In this document: piece after piece, positions 38,580 through 48,999 of the stretch | Layout of the letters: the number at the start of each line of letters is the position of its first letter | Position numbering within the stretch: position 1 is the stretch's first letter | Assembly (NCBI RefSeq): GCF_036321535.1 | Contig: NC_087437.1 | Span: forward strand, 115,942,001 to 116,006,000 | Direction: 5' to 3' | Source of the DNA: Camelus dromedarius | Taxonomy: Eukaryota | DNA: 64,000 nucleotides | The notes under the pieces: model-generated | What the model was told of the DNA's origin: nothing | The model's input: only the letters and a program-made list of their open reading frames with translations | Database searches by the model: none | Made by a program: the position numbers and the translations under genes

Positions 38580-39970
38580 TTTCTCATCAGAGTGGAGATG
38601 CATGCAGCGGCGGCGGAGCCTGGGGAGGGGGAGGTGGGGACCTGAGGGCACAGAACCTCTTGCCCAGATTGATGCCAGCTTCTCGCCTTCGAGCAACTCC
38701 GAGCACCTCTTACCTTGCCGCGGACTGGGTGGCTTCATTCGATCATGATCTCTTCTCTTGGAATGGAGCAAGATTTAGTAATTCACTACACGATGGATGG
38801 CGAAGGAAAAAAAAAAAAGCAAAGGAAAGAAAAACTGGAATCAGATGGTCAAATTTCACATCGGCCCCGGGAGGCTATTAGGAGACTCCATTCTCCTCGC
38901 TGTGCATCAAGCTCTGGGTCTCGCTTCCAGATTCCCTCGCATCCCCACCCCTCCGCCAGCCCAGCCTCTCCGGCCAGGTGCGGCCGTCTTCAAAGGGGGT
39001 CCCTCTGGCCGAGAGCGGAGAGGAGGGCTGGGCGCGGGGGCCAACCGAGGGGCGGAGGGGTGTGTTCTGGGGCAGGGGCGGAGGAGGGAGACCGGGTGGA
39101 GGGAAGGGGGAAAAGCCAAGAGTGGCGGAAAAAAAAATCCCCGGCTGGGAGAAAAGTGATGGACCACGCAGGGAGACGTCATGAAAGCCGCAGATTCAAA
39201 GAATGCTACTCAGTTCCAGCCGACTGGCTGAGCCCGGCTGTCAGCGCACGAACCGACGCGGCTCCGGGGATAAAAGCGAGCGCAGCGCCGCGCGCTGGAG
39301 AGAAGCGGCCACACAGTACCTTCCGGAGGAGCAGTGGGCGGGGACCCGGAGGGATGGAGCGGGAGTCCTGGAGACGCCCACCCGCGTCCCATTATCTCCG
39401 TCATTGTCGCGCCGCGTGGACCAAGTTGGTAGGTGGGGAGGTAGGGGGCAATCCTCCGAACCGACAGCCCCTGCCCCCAACTCGAGTCGGCGCGGAAACA
39501 GCCAAGTCAAGCCCCACCCCTCCAATACGAAACGAAATGTGGGGCGCTCGGTGCCGGGGGTAGATTTTGGGTTTAGCCTCGGGTTCCCACCTTTCCCCAG
39601 GTCGCTAAGTAAGTTATTCTCCTGGAAATGCCTGGAATGCAGGAAAGCTGAAACTCAGGGATCAGTTTTCGACTGCTGTTTGGAGGGATTCCTTCTTTAA
39701 TGTTTTGTGACAGAAGGAGAAAGAGGCTCTTGTCACTGTCTCCCTCTGGGTTGAAAGGGAGAGTCAGCCTGGGGCGCGGAAGCCTGAGCGCCCACTGTCC
39801 ACGTGGCCGGGAGGGGGCGCAGCGAGCGGGCTGGGTGGGAGCGGAAGCGCCCTCCCCAGAGCTTCGCCCACCTCGACCCAGCCAGCTGCTCCATCCATTT
39901 CATTGCGTCCACGGCGTCCCCGCTGCTGCTTCACCCGGGCCCTAACCCCGGTGTCTCTGTTCCGCGGCAC
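38580..39970. promoter_or_regulatory. CpG island / promoter with GC boxes and CRE-like site
   Basis: Sharp rise in GC and CpG (e.g. GCGAGCGCAGCGCCGCGCGC, GTCGCGCCGCG). GGGGCGGAG GC boxes near 39048 and 39075. AGACGTCA (7/8 CRE) at 39174-39181. Overlaps exon 1. Confidence 0.9.
38714..39250 (-). other. KCNJ6: Non-coding first exon (5' UTR) of probable KCNJ6 (GIRK2/Kir3.2); 3' end exact, 5' end/TSS approximate
   Basis: Minus strand reads ...AATGGAGTCTCCTAATAGCCTCCCGGGGCCGATGTGAAATTTGACCATCTGATTCCAG-(U-rich)-CCTTCGCCATCCATCGTGTAGTGAATT...GAGATCATGATCGAATGAAGCCACCCAGTCCGCGGCAAG|GTAAGA. This closely matches my recollection of the human KCNJ6 leader up to the exon 1/2 junction. It lies in a CpG island and ends in a near-consensus donor. 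Not confirmed by database search. Confidence 0.8.
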
Positions 39971-41255
39971 TGGAGATGGAGAAAGGAACTGGATTATTTT
40001 ACACAAAATCCAGATTGCCTTCGAAGTTGACTTTATCAGACCCTGCCCAACTGTCTCCTCCTCATTCTGATTTTTAAACTTGCTTTGTATTGTTCCAAGG
40101 AGCACCCCCACAGCGTTTCCCTCTGCCTCCCCTCTTTTTCTAACCATCTTCCCAAGCCGTATTTCCACATCTCCAAAGCGATTCCACACAACTTGCTCCT
40201 TCCCTGCCCAGTTCACTCTTTTATGCCATCTTTTCCCTAGGGACACAGGGTGGACATCCAAACTGTGAGAGCAATGAATATCACTGGGGGATAATTCTGT
40301 AATGGCCCTTTCAGGAGCTGACTACCCTTGTGCCATTCTGTAAAGTGGCTTTCCTTCCACAAGATACAGAGTCTCCATCTCCAAGAAGGGGACCTTATTC
40401 AAGAGCAAGTTCTGTTCAAGACCTCTTATTTCCAAGATTGTTTTGTTCTACATTCATGCATTGTAATTACACAGCAAGTCATCCCTTCAAGAATGCTGTC
40501 TGCTGTCTAAGGATGCCTTTGATAAGGACAGGGGTTTGCCTCAAATTTGCGTCGTCAGTTATGTGCAGATCAACCACACCCACAGCCCGTGAACTCATAA
40601 TTTTTTTTGACCTTCCCTAAGGGGGTGTAATCTCACTTTCTGTTACTTCTAAGTCACATATCCCATATATGAAGATATCAGCGTATGTAATATGTGATTT
40701 TTATGCTCCATAGTGCTTGCCAGGTCTAGTGATTTTGTCAGAGATAAAGATTGACAAAGGACAACTGGACTCAACAATCTCTGAGGCATCCTGGAGTAAG
40801 GATGAGAGATGAAAGATTTTGGTGGAAACAGCCCTAGAACATTTGAAAAAAAAACTGCCATGGACGGCAGTCATCTAAAGAGTATTCTGTACAGTCTGTG
40901 AAGCTGCTAAGGATATGTCTGCTAATTTTGATTATGTTGGTTTCATAATGAAACCATGATTTCACAAATTTCTTTCTTACAAGACATCAGACTCAATAAG
41001 TAAGTCAAGAGAGAATAAAACCTACCTGTCTCCTTTGAACACTTTGAAAACTGCCCTAACTGGAAACAGCAGCCAGGGTGATGTGGGCTGCGGCTCTTAC
41101 TGAGTGGTGGGTAAGAGTTGGTGTTGAGTGACGTGGTTCACATACGCATGCCATGGGATTTGATTAACACCAGAGACAAGAACAATTGGCCTAACTGAAT
41201 TCATTGATTCCTGAGAGAGCCCAGTGATTGGCATGGATGTCACCAGGAGTCTCGG

Positions 41256-41263
41256 TGACGTCA
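41256..41263. promoter_or_regulatory. Palindromic CRE (TGACGTCA) ~2 kb upstream of exon 1
   Basis: Exact TGACGTCA with intact CpG in otherwise CpG-poor flank. Confidence 0.4.
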
Positions 41264-42989
41264 GAAAATCAGGCAAGATGTGCTTTGGAGCTGCCCACTG
41301 CAGCTCCTCTGAGCTCCCAGGAGCCCCGTCTCTCGGGCTACGCTGTGTTCAGCATGTCTGGCATCTCACTGATATGTCTCTTTTATGATCTTAGGTGAAG
41401 GCAAGGGCTGGGGGGTGGGGATTCCATCCTTTAGCATGTTCAGTCTCTGTCTCTGGGGAGGTTAGGGCTCCAAAGCTGACAAAGTCAGTGGCTTCTAGGA
41501 TTGATTGATTCTTTTAAACAGATGGGACTGGATTCTCCCCCACGTATTGAACGGGAATAGAAGCTTATTAGCTACCAAAAGTGATGAACTGAATTATCTT
41601 GACTGGGTGTCATTTGTTCCAGGTAATCTCGTTTTTCTCCATTATCGATTGTGGCAATTTAAAACCCAATCTATCTGCCTCGTCCACGTGTAGCTCTGGC
41701 TCTGCTCTGGGCAAGCTGACATTAGAACCAGGGTGGGTGGCTCCTTCTGGTCTGTCTTGCCTTTACTTCTGTCTCCTTGTTTTACGTTTAAGAATTTAGG
41801 CTGTTGTGGAAACCAAGTTCCTCTTCCAATTCACTTCCCCTACCCACCTCTCTTCAGCAAAAGAAAACAAAACAAACAAAAAACCCTACAAAAACCATCT
41901 TTAGGATTAAGAGATAGATGTATAATTTTAAAGGAACTTACTTTAACTAAAAAAAGGACTTCTTTAAGGGTATCAAGAAAGACACATTTAAAAAATACTC
42001 TATTCTGCAACTCTACTTCCAATGGACTGGATGGATTTCATCCTGTTTCTTATTTGGGGACTATCTATAAAGAATTGCTGTATTTCCTTTTTAGATTTTA
42101 ATTATAAATTTGGAGATATATTCTTAATAAATACCTCCAGGGGAAAAATTCAGTACTTTTGCTAAGAAGGAGGTTTCAGATTTTTTTTTTGGCTCCATAG
42201 CATGGTGGGCATTTTAGTGCAGATCTATAGCATTTTTGTTCTCCAGTTAGTTATTACTTTCCCTTTTTTGGGGGATACCTTTCATTTCCTACCCATTTTC
42301 CTTACTTTGGAATTCTTTTCACTATTCCTAATAACATTGGATTATAAGTGCTTATAAACATTTTGAAGTTATACATTTTAATTTCTTTCCCTGACTTGAT
42401 AAATGTGTGCATTCTGAAGACTCATTTGATAAATTCTTTCTTGTAGAATGCTTTATTAGTTCATCATTTGGAAGGTATTATTCTTTTTAATCATGGTGTA
42501 CCCTCCAAGGAATCCATCAAAATGCAATTTAAAAAATCATAATAACTTCAGATATAATATTTCAAAAGGCCACAGGAGGTGATGATTACAAACAATTGCA
42601 TAAATTAGTCTTCTTGTACCTCTTCCTGGAAATAATTTTAATTAACATGAAATCTGCACAGCGGAAACACTGAAGGCTTAAACAAAGGAATTGAATTTAT
42701 AAGATGCTCTTTCTGCATTATTAACCATTTGCTAGGATGTCCAGATTCTTTGTTTCTTACTGGCATTTTTAATGGAGACTGTGAGTTGGAGAGACTGAAA
42801 TGGAGTTCCTTCTTCTGTGTGGAACTGCGCCTGTCTGGGTCATCTCCTATCTTCACCCTGCACACCAGGCAGTAGTTAATGGTCCAGACTTTGTTTGCTT
42901 TCAGTAGAGATAGAGGTTTTGTCCAAAATTCTCAGGCTTCCTCAGCTCTCCCAAAGGAGCCTTATCAGCCTTCCTTCCTAGAGATACAG

Positions 42990-43630
42990 TACAGAGTTCA
43001 ATTTCAAATCCCAGATCAGCCTTGGTGATCTTAAGCAAGATTCATACACCTAAGCCCCAGTGTCCATGCCAAGATCTGGGTTTACCTGGGGGTCTCCTGC
43101 TTTGTTATTTTATCTGTAAAATGATGTTGCAGGTGTGTTTTTGGGGAAGCAGACTCTGAGATGGAATCAAGTGTGCTGGATGTTTATTAGAGACATTTCT
43201 AAGGGATGTTATGTCCATGGGATCAACATCTGTGGAAGGGAGAGAAAGGAAGTGTGAGTGGGCAGAGGGGGGATCAGTGCTGATGCCAGCCTTGGCTGAT
43301 CCCACAGGGAGATTTGAAGCTAAAATGGACCATTAGAGTTCTCTTGCATTGAGTCAAAAGAGCCCCTGCCTGATCGCTTCTCAGGTGTGCGGTCTAGGCA
43401 CTCTCCATTTGATGGCTAAAAGCTATCTGCTGACAGCCTATGGCAGGAAGGCCAAGTCCTTTCTTGAAGGGGGATCTTGGTGACACATCTCCATGTTTAC
43501 TGCAAATGGTGATGGTAACATTACCTACTGCATGTAGTTCCTGTCACTACTATATGACATAATCCATATAAAAAGTGGAGCACAGGGTCTGGCATAGAGT
43601 AACTGCTTAATAAATGTCAGATACTTATTA
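42990..43630 (+). mobile_element. MIR SINE split by an ERVL LTR
   Basis: TTCAAATCCCAG...GTGATCTTAAGCAAG...ATCTGTAAAATG | LTR | ...AGCACAGGGTCTGGCATAGAGTAACTGCTTAATAAATGT. Confidence 0.7.
43125..43504 (-). mobile_element. LTR16-like ERVL solo LTR
   Basis: TG...CA termini with AATGA/AATGG 5-bp TSD-like flanks; GGGAAGCAGACTCTGAGATGGA...GATGTTTATTAG motif. Confidence 0.7.
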
Positions 43631-45039
43631 ATGGATGATACTTATCACTTTTATGATTAAGCAAACTCAGGATCATGTGTTTTCTAGTGGCTCCAGATTT
43701 CTGTCCACCCCGTTTCAAGTCCACTGGGACTTCAACCCCATTTCAAATTCCCCTTCAGGCTCTAATAAGATGCTGAATATGCTTCCTATTGTCTCTGACT
43801 AGTCAGTGAGCCCAATCCCTGAATCAATTACTGTGACCGGGAGGATGTAGTGCTGGACATAGTCTGTTGGTACCTAGCAACTCTTCCTGCCCACGTCTGG
43901 TTCCCTGACTCAGGAACAGGGCACAGTGGTTATTGTTCAGAAAGGGATTTAATAGCAGGGCAGAAGTCAGGATGCCCCTCTGCAGAACAGGAGGAACCCA
44001 AGGCTCTGGCATCAACTGCTTTATCTTTAGTCTGAAAGGGAAGAGGTCTAGAGAGTAGTAAATATTCAGTAAATGTTATACAACCCTCTAATTACAACAC
44101 AAGGAAGTCTGCTTCTCTCTTTGTTGAAAATAGATAGTGGTAAGAATCACCTCGTTGTAGGCTCATAGGAGGCTTTGGTAACCATAGACAATGGGTTCAC
44201 TTTCCTTCGCTGTAGGAATTCTCAAAACTCAGTGATTTATTTAGTTAGCTCTTTCCTGCAATTTTTTTTTTCTTTTGAACTAAAGTGGAAGAAATGGAAT
44301 ACAGAGTCAAAAAGTTCCAGAGTCTACAAGGGAAATAAGCTTCCCAGCCTGGAAAGTATAGTGAGGTTGCAATTTAACACTGAGATCCATGAAATTGATT
44401 GCCTGTGGCAGACAAAGAACAGATCTGATTTGCAGCCTCAAGTCCCCTCGTGGTTATCACTACTTGTATTTATTTGGGGACACAAAACCCTCTAAGTGTC
44501 AGGAAGGAGAACAGAGGGAAAAAAGCCAATATAAAGATGATAGAACCGCAGACTATATAGAACTTGGAAATCACTCACCTTAGAGATTTGCTGGCCCCTT
44601 TTCAAAACACACTGGGCTGCCTTTACCACCTAAACATGTTGATTTGTTCCCACTTTCCAACTCCTGGGTCAGCTGCTCTGTTTTACTACATTGAAGCCAT
44701 TGACACTAACTCTTGTGTCTTTAGCTTATTTCTCACTTTTGATCCCCTGGGATAACTTCTCCTTTTCTTGATTTTTTCTTTCTTTTTTAACAGGTCACAA
44801 GAAATTTCCTGTTAAGCCATAAACATGTGTTGATGGAGAAGAGGGAGAGAAGTAGGATCAGGGAACACGGAAATCTAGTCAACTGTCTTGTGCAGTTTAC
44901 TTGGATTGTCCATTCTGCTTGGACCTCAAGTTCTATATGCCTGTGCCAGGTTGTCCCACTAATGACCCCCAAAGAATCATGCCTCTCGGTGTCCAAGCCC
45001 TTATGTGTCTTGGATAATAGAATATGCACCTACCCTTAT

Positions 45040-45770
45040 GGGTCTGCTAAGGAGGTTTCTGGATAGAATGTTGAAATTACCAAATGCAGCTTTTTATAGC
45101 TGCATATAGTAAGAAATTGTTCACTAGTAAGCAAGAGAAGTGTTCCATTTGTAAGTAGAATTTAGGGGAGATATAAAAGAGATAGAACTTGCTATTTGAA
45201 GAATAAAATTATTTCTCATCTCTTGGTTTTTCTACCAACAAATGAATCTCAAGCTAAGGACAAGTGACAGGATAAGAATCAAATGAAAGATGTGACTGTA
45301 AGACCTCCAAAAGATTCAAGTGGTGCCAGGTCACTTCCTCAACAGACAAAAGGGCTTTCAAGAATCTTAAGAGCATTGTTATCCAGAAGTTCTCTGTGAG
45401 TCCCAAAGCAGAGAGTGCTCTGTCTTGAAAGGCGGTTTTAGCTTTGGGGCACAGGGTGAATCCCAATCACTGTAGGAAGCTCATGGTATATTCTAAGGGT
45501 TTTGCCAACTTGAACTAAAAGAGACAGAGTCAATTCAAAATGCAAGGAAGCTCTGGATCCCATGACTTTCTATGGGCAGGAAACAGGCTGGGAAAGCTGC
45601 TTATGTGCAAAGATGGGGCCTTTCTTATGGGAAGGAAAGATCTCTGAGAAGGCAAAGCTAGGACCCTTAAAGAAAGGAGCCCAGAGGCATGAAGAATTGC
45701 CCAGGGGCAGAACTGGGCTATAATCATGGAACTTCCTGTCCCTAGGAGGCCCTGACAACAATGTTTAGAA
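45040..45770 (+). mobile_element. Probable MaLR internal (MLT1-int) remnant
   Basis: GGATAGAATGTTGAAA, AAGGGCTTTCAAGAATCTTAAG, GGCTATAATCATGGAACTTCC motifs resembling MLT1-int. Confidence 0.45.
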
Positions 45771-47356
45771 TGTATTTTGAGAATTTGGAAACTATAACCA
45801 AAGCACTGTTATTTAGATGTAGGCTTTATTTAGATTTTCTATTTGTTTTATTTTAGGTTCTTGCTATTGGTGGATTCTGGGAACTCTAGATAAACTGACT
45901 ATCTCAGGAGCAATCAATTCCTAATTATGAAATGACTAACTCAGTAGACAAAGAGAGAGTTACAAATACCTGGAGATACTCTGTAATGAATTCTATTCAA
46001 GTCATATTGGAAACAATGAAGGTTTGGGGATGTTAGACTCATGCAGCTGCGAAGGCAGCTAGACCTTTCCTTACAATAGGGTAGTCTTCAAAAGTCTGCT
46101 TTCCTACTTGTTTGCTCACGTTTATATTCATTCACTTTACCTTGTTGGCCTTTGTACTTGAGAATGGATGGGAACAGGGTCCGCCTGCTGCTTCTCTTCT
46201 GCGACCACAGTTCTTAACTCAGAGCTCAGAGTGCGATGTCAAAGGGTACGCAAACCATCACTATTAACTAATACATTCAAACAAGTGGGAATACATTATA
46301 ATAACTGAAATAATTTTAGACCATATAGATTTGAAGGAAAGTGAGGAGGAAAAAAAAACCCTCCTTTTTTAGGTAACTGTTTATAAATCGAACAAAATGT
46401 GAAATAAATTGCTGGAGAGTGAAGTGCCCAGTGGACTCAGGCTCACATCCCTGAATGGCTTCGCCCATCCCTGGCTTTCAAGGGTCCAGAGCTAGGACTA
46501 AGTCAGCTGCAATGCATCACAGTTGGAGACCTCAGGCTCCAGGTTGTCACTGTCACAGCGGCACAGATCCTGACTGTCCAACTCCTGAAAGAATCATAAA
46601 AGTATCTTTCTACATTTTTATTTCTCTTCTGATTTATGTTTTGTCTTTACACACTGACTTCACAGTCAAGGTTGTATGATACAATTTCAGACAGTGTTAG
46701 CCATAAGTCATTGGATTTGCAGAAATGAGGAATTCTAGTTTATACTTTCTTTTCCTTGAAATGAAACAAATCATATAGCATTCTTTTACCTTTAATGATA
46801 TATTCTGTCAGGACAGCAAAGGAGTTAGGGTTATTAATTGGTCTGCTGAAATATTCATGGTATTGTAGGATGAAAAACTATACTTGGGAGATGTGTTTTT
46901 AAGCACCTCTGTTTTCCAAGTAATCAAAAAAGCAATGCAGTTTGTAAAGAAAAACACACAGATGTAAAAGAGAATTCCCCACTCCTCGGAAGTAATTGAC
47001 TGCAATCTATTAAGCAATACCTTCAGGTGAAATTTAGGTGTGATTATAATGTTATATTTTTAACTGGAATAACAGGTTCCACTTTCTCCTTTCCTCCAGT
47101 CATGGCTATGGAGAACTGAGGCTCCTGGATGAGAATGTAATCAGCGTATGATGAGAAAGGGCCTTCAGGGAGCCTCCTGTGCACCAGGGGAGCAGCTGTT
47201 TCCCGTGCACGTAGAGCCAGTTTCACTGTGTAAAATCCTGTATGGAAACCAACCTAGTGATTTCAGATAAGGGAGTCATTCAAATTGCTAGAGGGTCTCC
47301 TTTTTTACTGTGTAATTAGTGTTATCCCTGAGAACAACTGTTTCCCTCGGGGTGGG

Positions 47357-47440
47357 GTGTGTATGTGCGTGTGTGCTTGTGTGTGTGTGTGTGTATGTGT
47401 GCGTGTGTGTGTGCATGTGTGTGTGTGTGCACGTGTGTGT
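47357..47440. repeat. Imperfect (TG)n microsatellite
   Basis: tgtgtatgtgcgtgtgtgcttgtgtgtgtgtg... Confidence 0.92.
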
Positions 47441-48228
47441 GCCTGCTAGTGCTCCAATAGAGAGATGTCAATGATAGAGGCACATATGTCTGCAACTTGA
47501 GCTGAAACCGCCCTAAGCCCATCCTGATAGACCCCACCCCGAGGTCTCTCCTTGGCAGCCTAAGCCCCTTCCACCAGACCATCTATGGAACTGGGAAGGC
47601 TGAGGATCAGGGCTAACATTTGGCTAGTACTGAATCTCAGGCTGAATAATTCAAATTCAGGAAATGCACTCATGGTACTAGAAGAATTGGTGGCCTATGG
47701 TGCTTTGTATGTTAAGTGATTCCCTCTGGGTAGGGGTGATTCTCCAAAAGGTGGGTGGAGAGTCAAGAGGGGAAGTTTGACAAGAATTTTTGGAGTGAGG
47801 TACTTTTCTGAAGGCAAATAAGCTAGTTGAGACTCACAACAGAGGACATTTTTGTGAGCAGACTGTAGGTGCCTTCCCTGAAAATTCTGGGAAACATCTT
47901 ATGAAGCACCTACCTTCCCCTTCCTCCTTCTCCCTCACGTGTTGTGTTTTCTTTTGTAAATCATCCCAGCCTTTCAGCGGAGAGTCATACATGCTGGCAT
48001 TTCAGTGTTAGACAGATGAAGTGGCAGTTTGGTCATGGAAATAATTGCTTGCTGTATTCTTTTTTGACATCTGTGGAGGAGGAGGGAGAAGTTTCCAATT
48101 GCAGACTGTTCTCTGGATCCCAGAATTCTCATGGTGATGGCAGCCCAGGGGCCTTGAGGAGTGAACTTGTAGTATTGAAGGACATCTTTCAAGTGGACAG
48201 CTCAAGAAGATTCAAGACTTATCCTTCT

Positions 48229-48318
48229 TGGGGAGCATGGGTTTAGCTCAGTGGTAGAGTGTGTGCTTAGCATGCACGAGGTTCTGGGTTCAATCCCCAA
48301 TACCTCCCCCCTCCCCAA
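48229..48318 (+). mobile_element. tRNA-Ala(AGC)-derived SINE (camelid vic-1-like) with perfect 15-bp TSD
   Basis: GGGGAGCATGGGTTTAGCTCAGTGGTAGAGTGTGTGCTTAGCATGCACGAGGTTCTGGGTTCAATCCCCAATACCTCC with A and B boxes; flanked by AAGACTTATCCTTCT at 48214-48228 and 48319-48333. Confidence 0.92.
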
Positions 48319-48499
48319 AAGACTTATCCTTCTGCATCCCAGCCAGGACTTCATATGAAGACATATGAAAAAATGATCTTTGAAAGGAGTTGAGAGTGGA
48401 AAGTAGGTTGGCGGATGTTTGGGTTAAATCTAGGGTAACTAAGTCAGTCTGCTGTTGTTGCATAAGACACTAACTGATGGGGATAAATAGGTGTGTGGA

Positions 48500-48996
48500 T
48501 CAGAAAAAAATTTAATTGGACATATTTACAGACTTGTGAAAATATGAGGTGTAACTGCAACATTTTATGCATATATTGTTATTACCAGTACATAATCATC
48601 ATGTCAAAATAAGAAATGGAGGGAAACGTTAAATTTGAGTGTGAATTTTTTTTGTTATTGAGTTAGATGGCAAAACATTATACGTAGTTTTTCTTTTAAA
48701 TACAATGAATATAGCTGTTCCCAGAGAATACAATATCCATCAGAATCACTAAGCTAAGCACTCAATTAAGTGAAATGCTACCCTTTCTAAATAGAATTCC
48801 ATTCTTCTCATTAGCATATGCTTACTGCAGAAAATTATATTCAATTATTAGTGTAATATTTTGTCAATAAAACTTGTGAAAATTTGTTTTCTCTCTTATA
48901 CAAGTACCAGTACAGCATCTTTGATTTTACCTCTTAGCCCTCAAGGCACACAATATTTCTGTTTAGTTCTTTGCGGATAAAGTTTGGTGACTCCTA
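48500..48996 (+). mobile_element. hAT-Charlie DNA transposon 3' remnant (Charlie1-like)
   Basis: Ends ATATTTCTGTTTAGTTCTTTGCGGATAAAGTTTGGTGACTCCT, similar to the Charlie1/MER58 terminus. Confidence 0.55.
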
Positions 48997-48999
48997 ACC

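Larger units (their letters stand above)
1..38713 (-). other. KCNJ6: 5' portion of the long intron 1 of probable KCNJ6 (exon 2 with the start codon not found in window)
   Basis: Begins GTAAGAG after exon 1. No MAKLTESM-encoding exon or Kir-channel ORF is seen in 38.7 kb, consistent with the known very long KCNJ6 intron 1. Repeat-rich non-coding composition. Confidence 0.72.

Noticed and set aside
38715..39563. 282-aa plus-strand ORF, the longest in the track, and other CpG-island ORFs
   Set aside because: Non-ATG start, low-complexity R/G/P/S composition and poly-K from A-runs; typical stop-poor GC-rich antisense frame with no recognisable domain
48229..48310. Functional tRNA-Ala gene
   Set aside because: Flanked by a 15-bp TSD, altered 5' end and stems, no T-run terminator; it is a retroposed SINE
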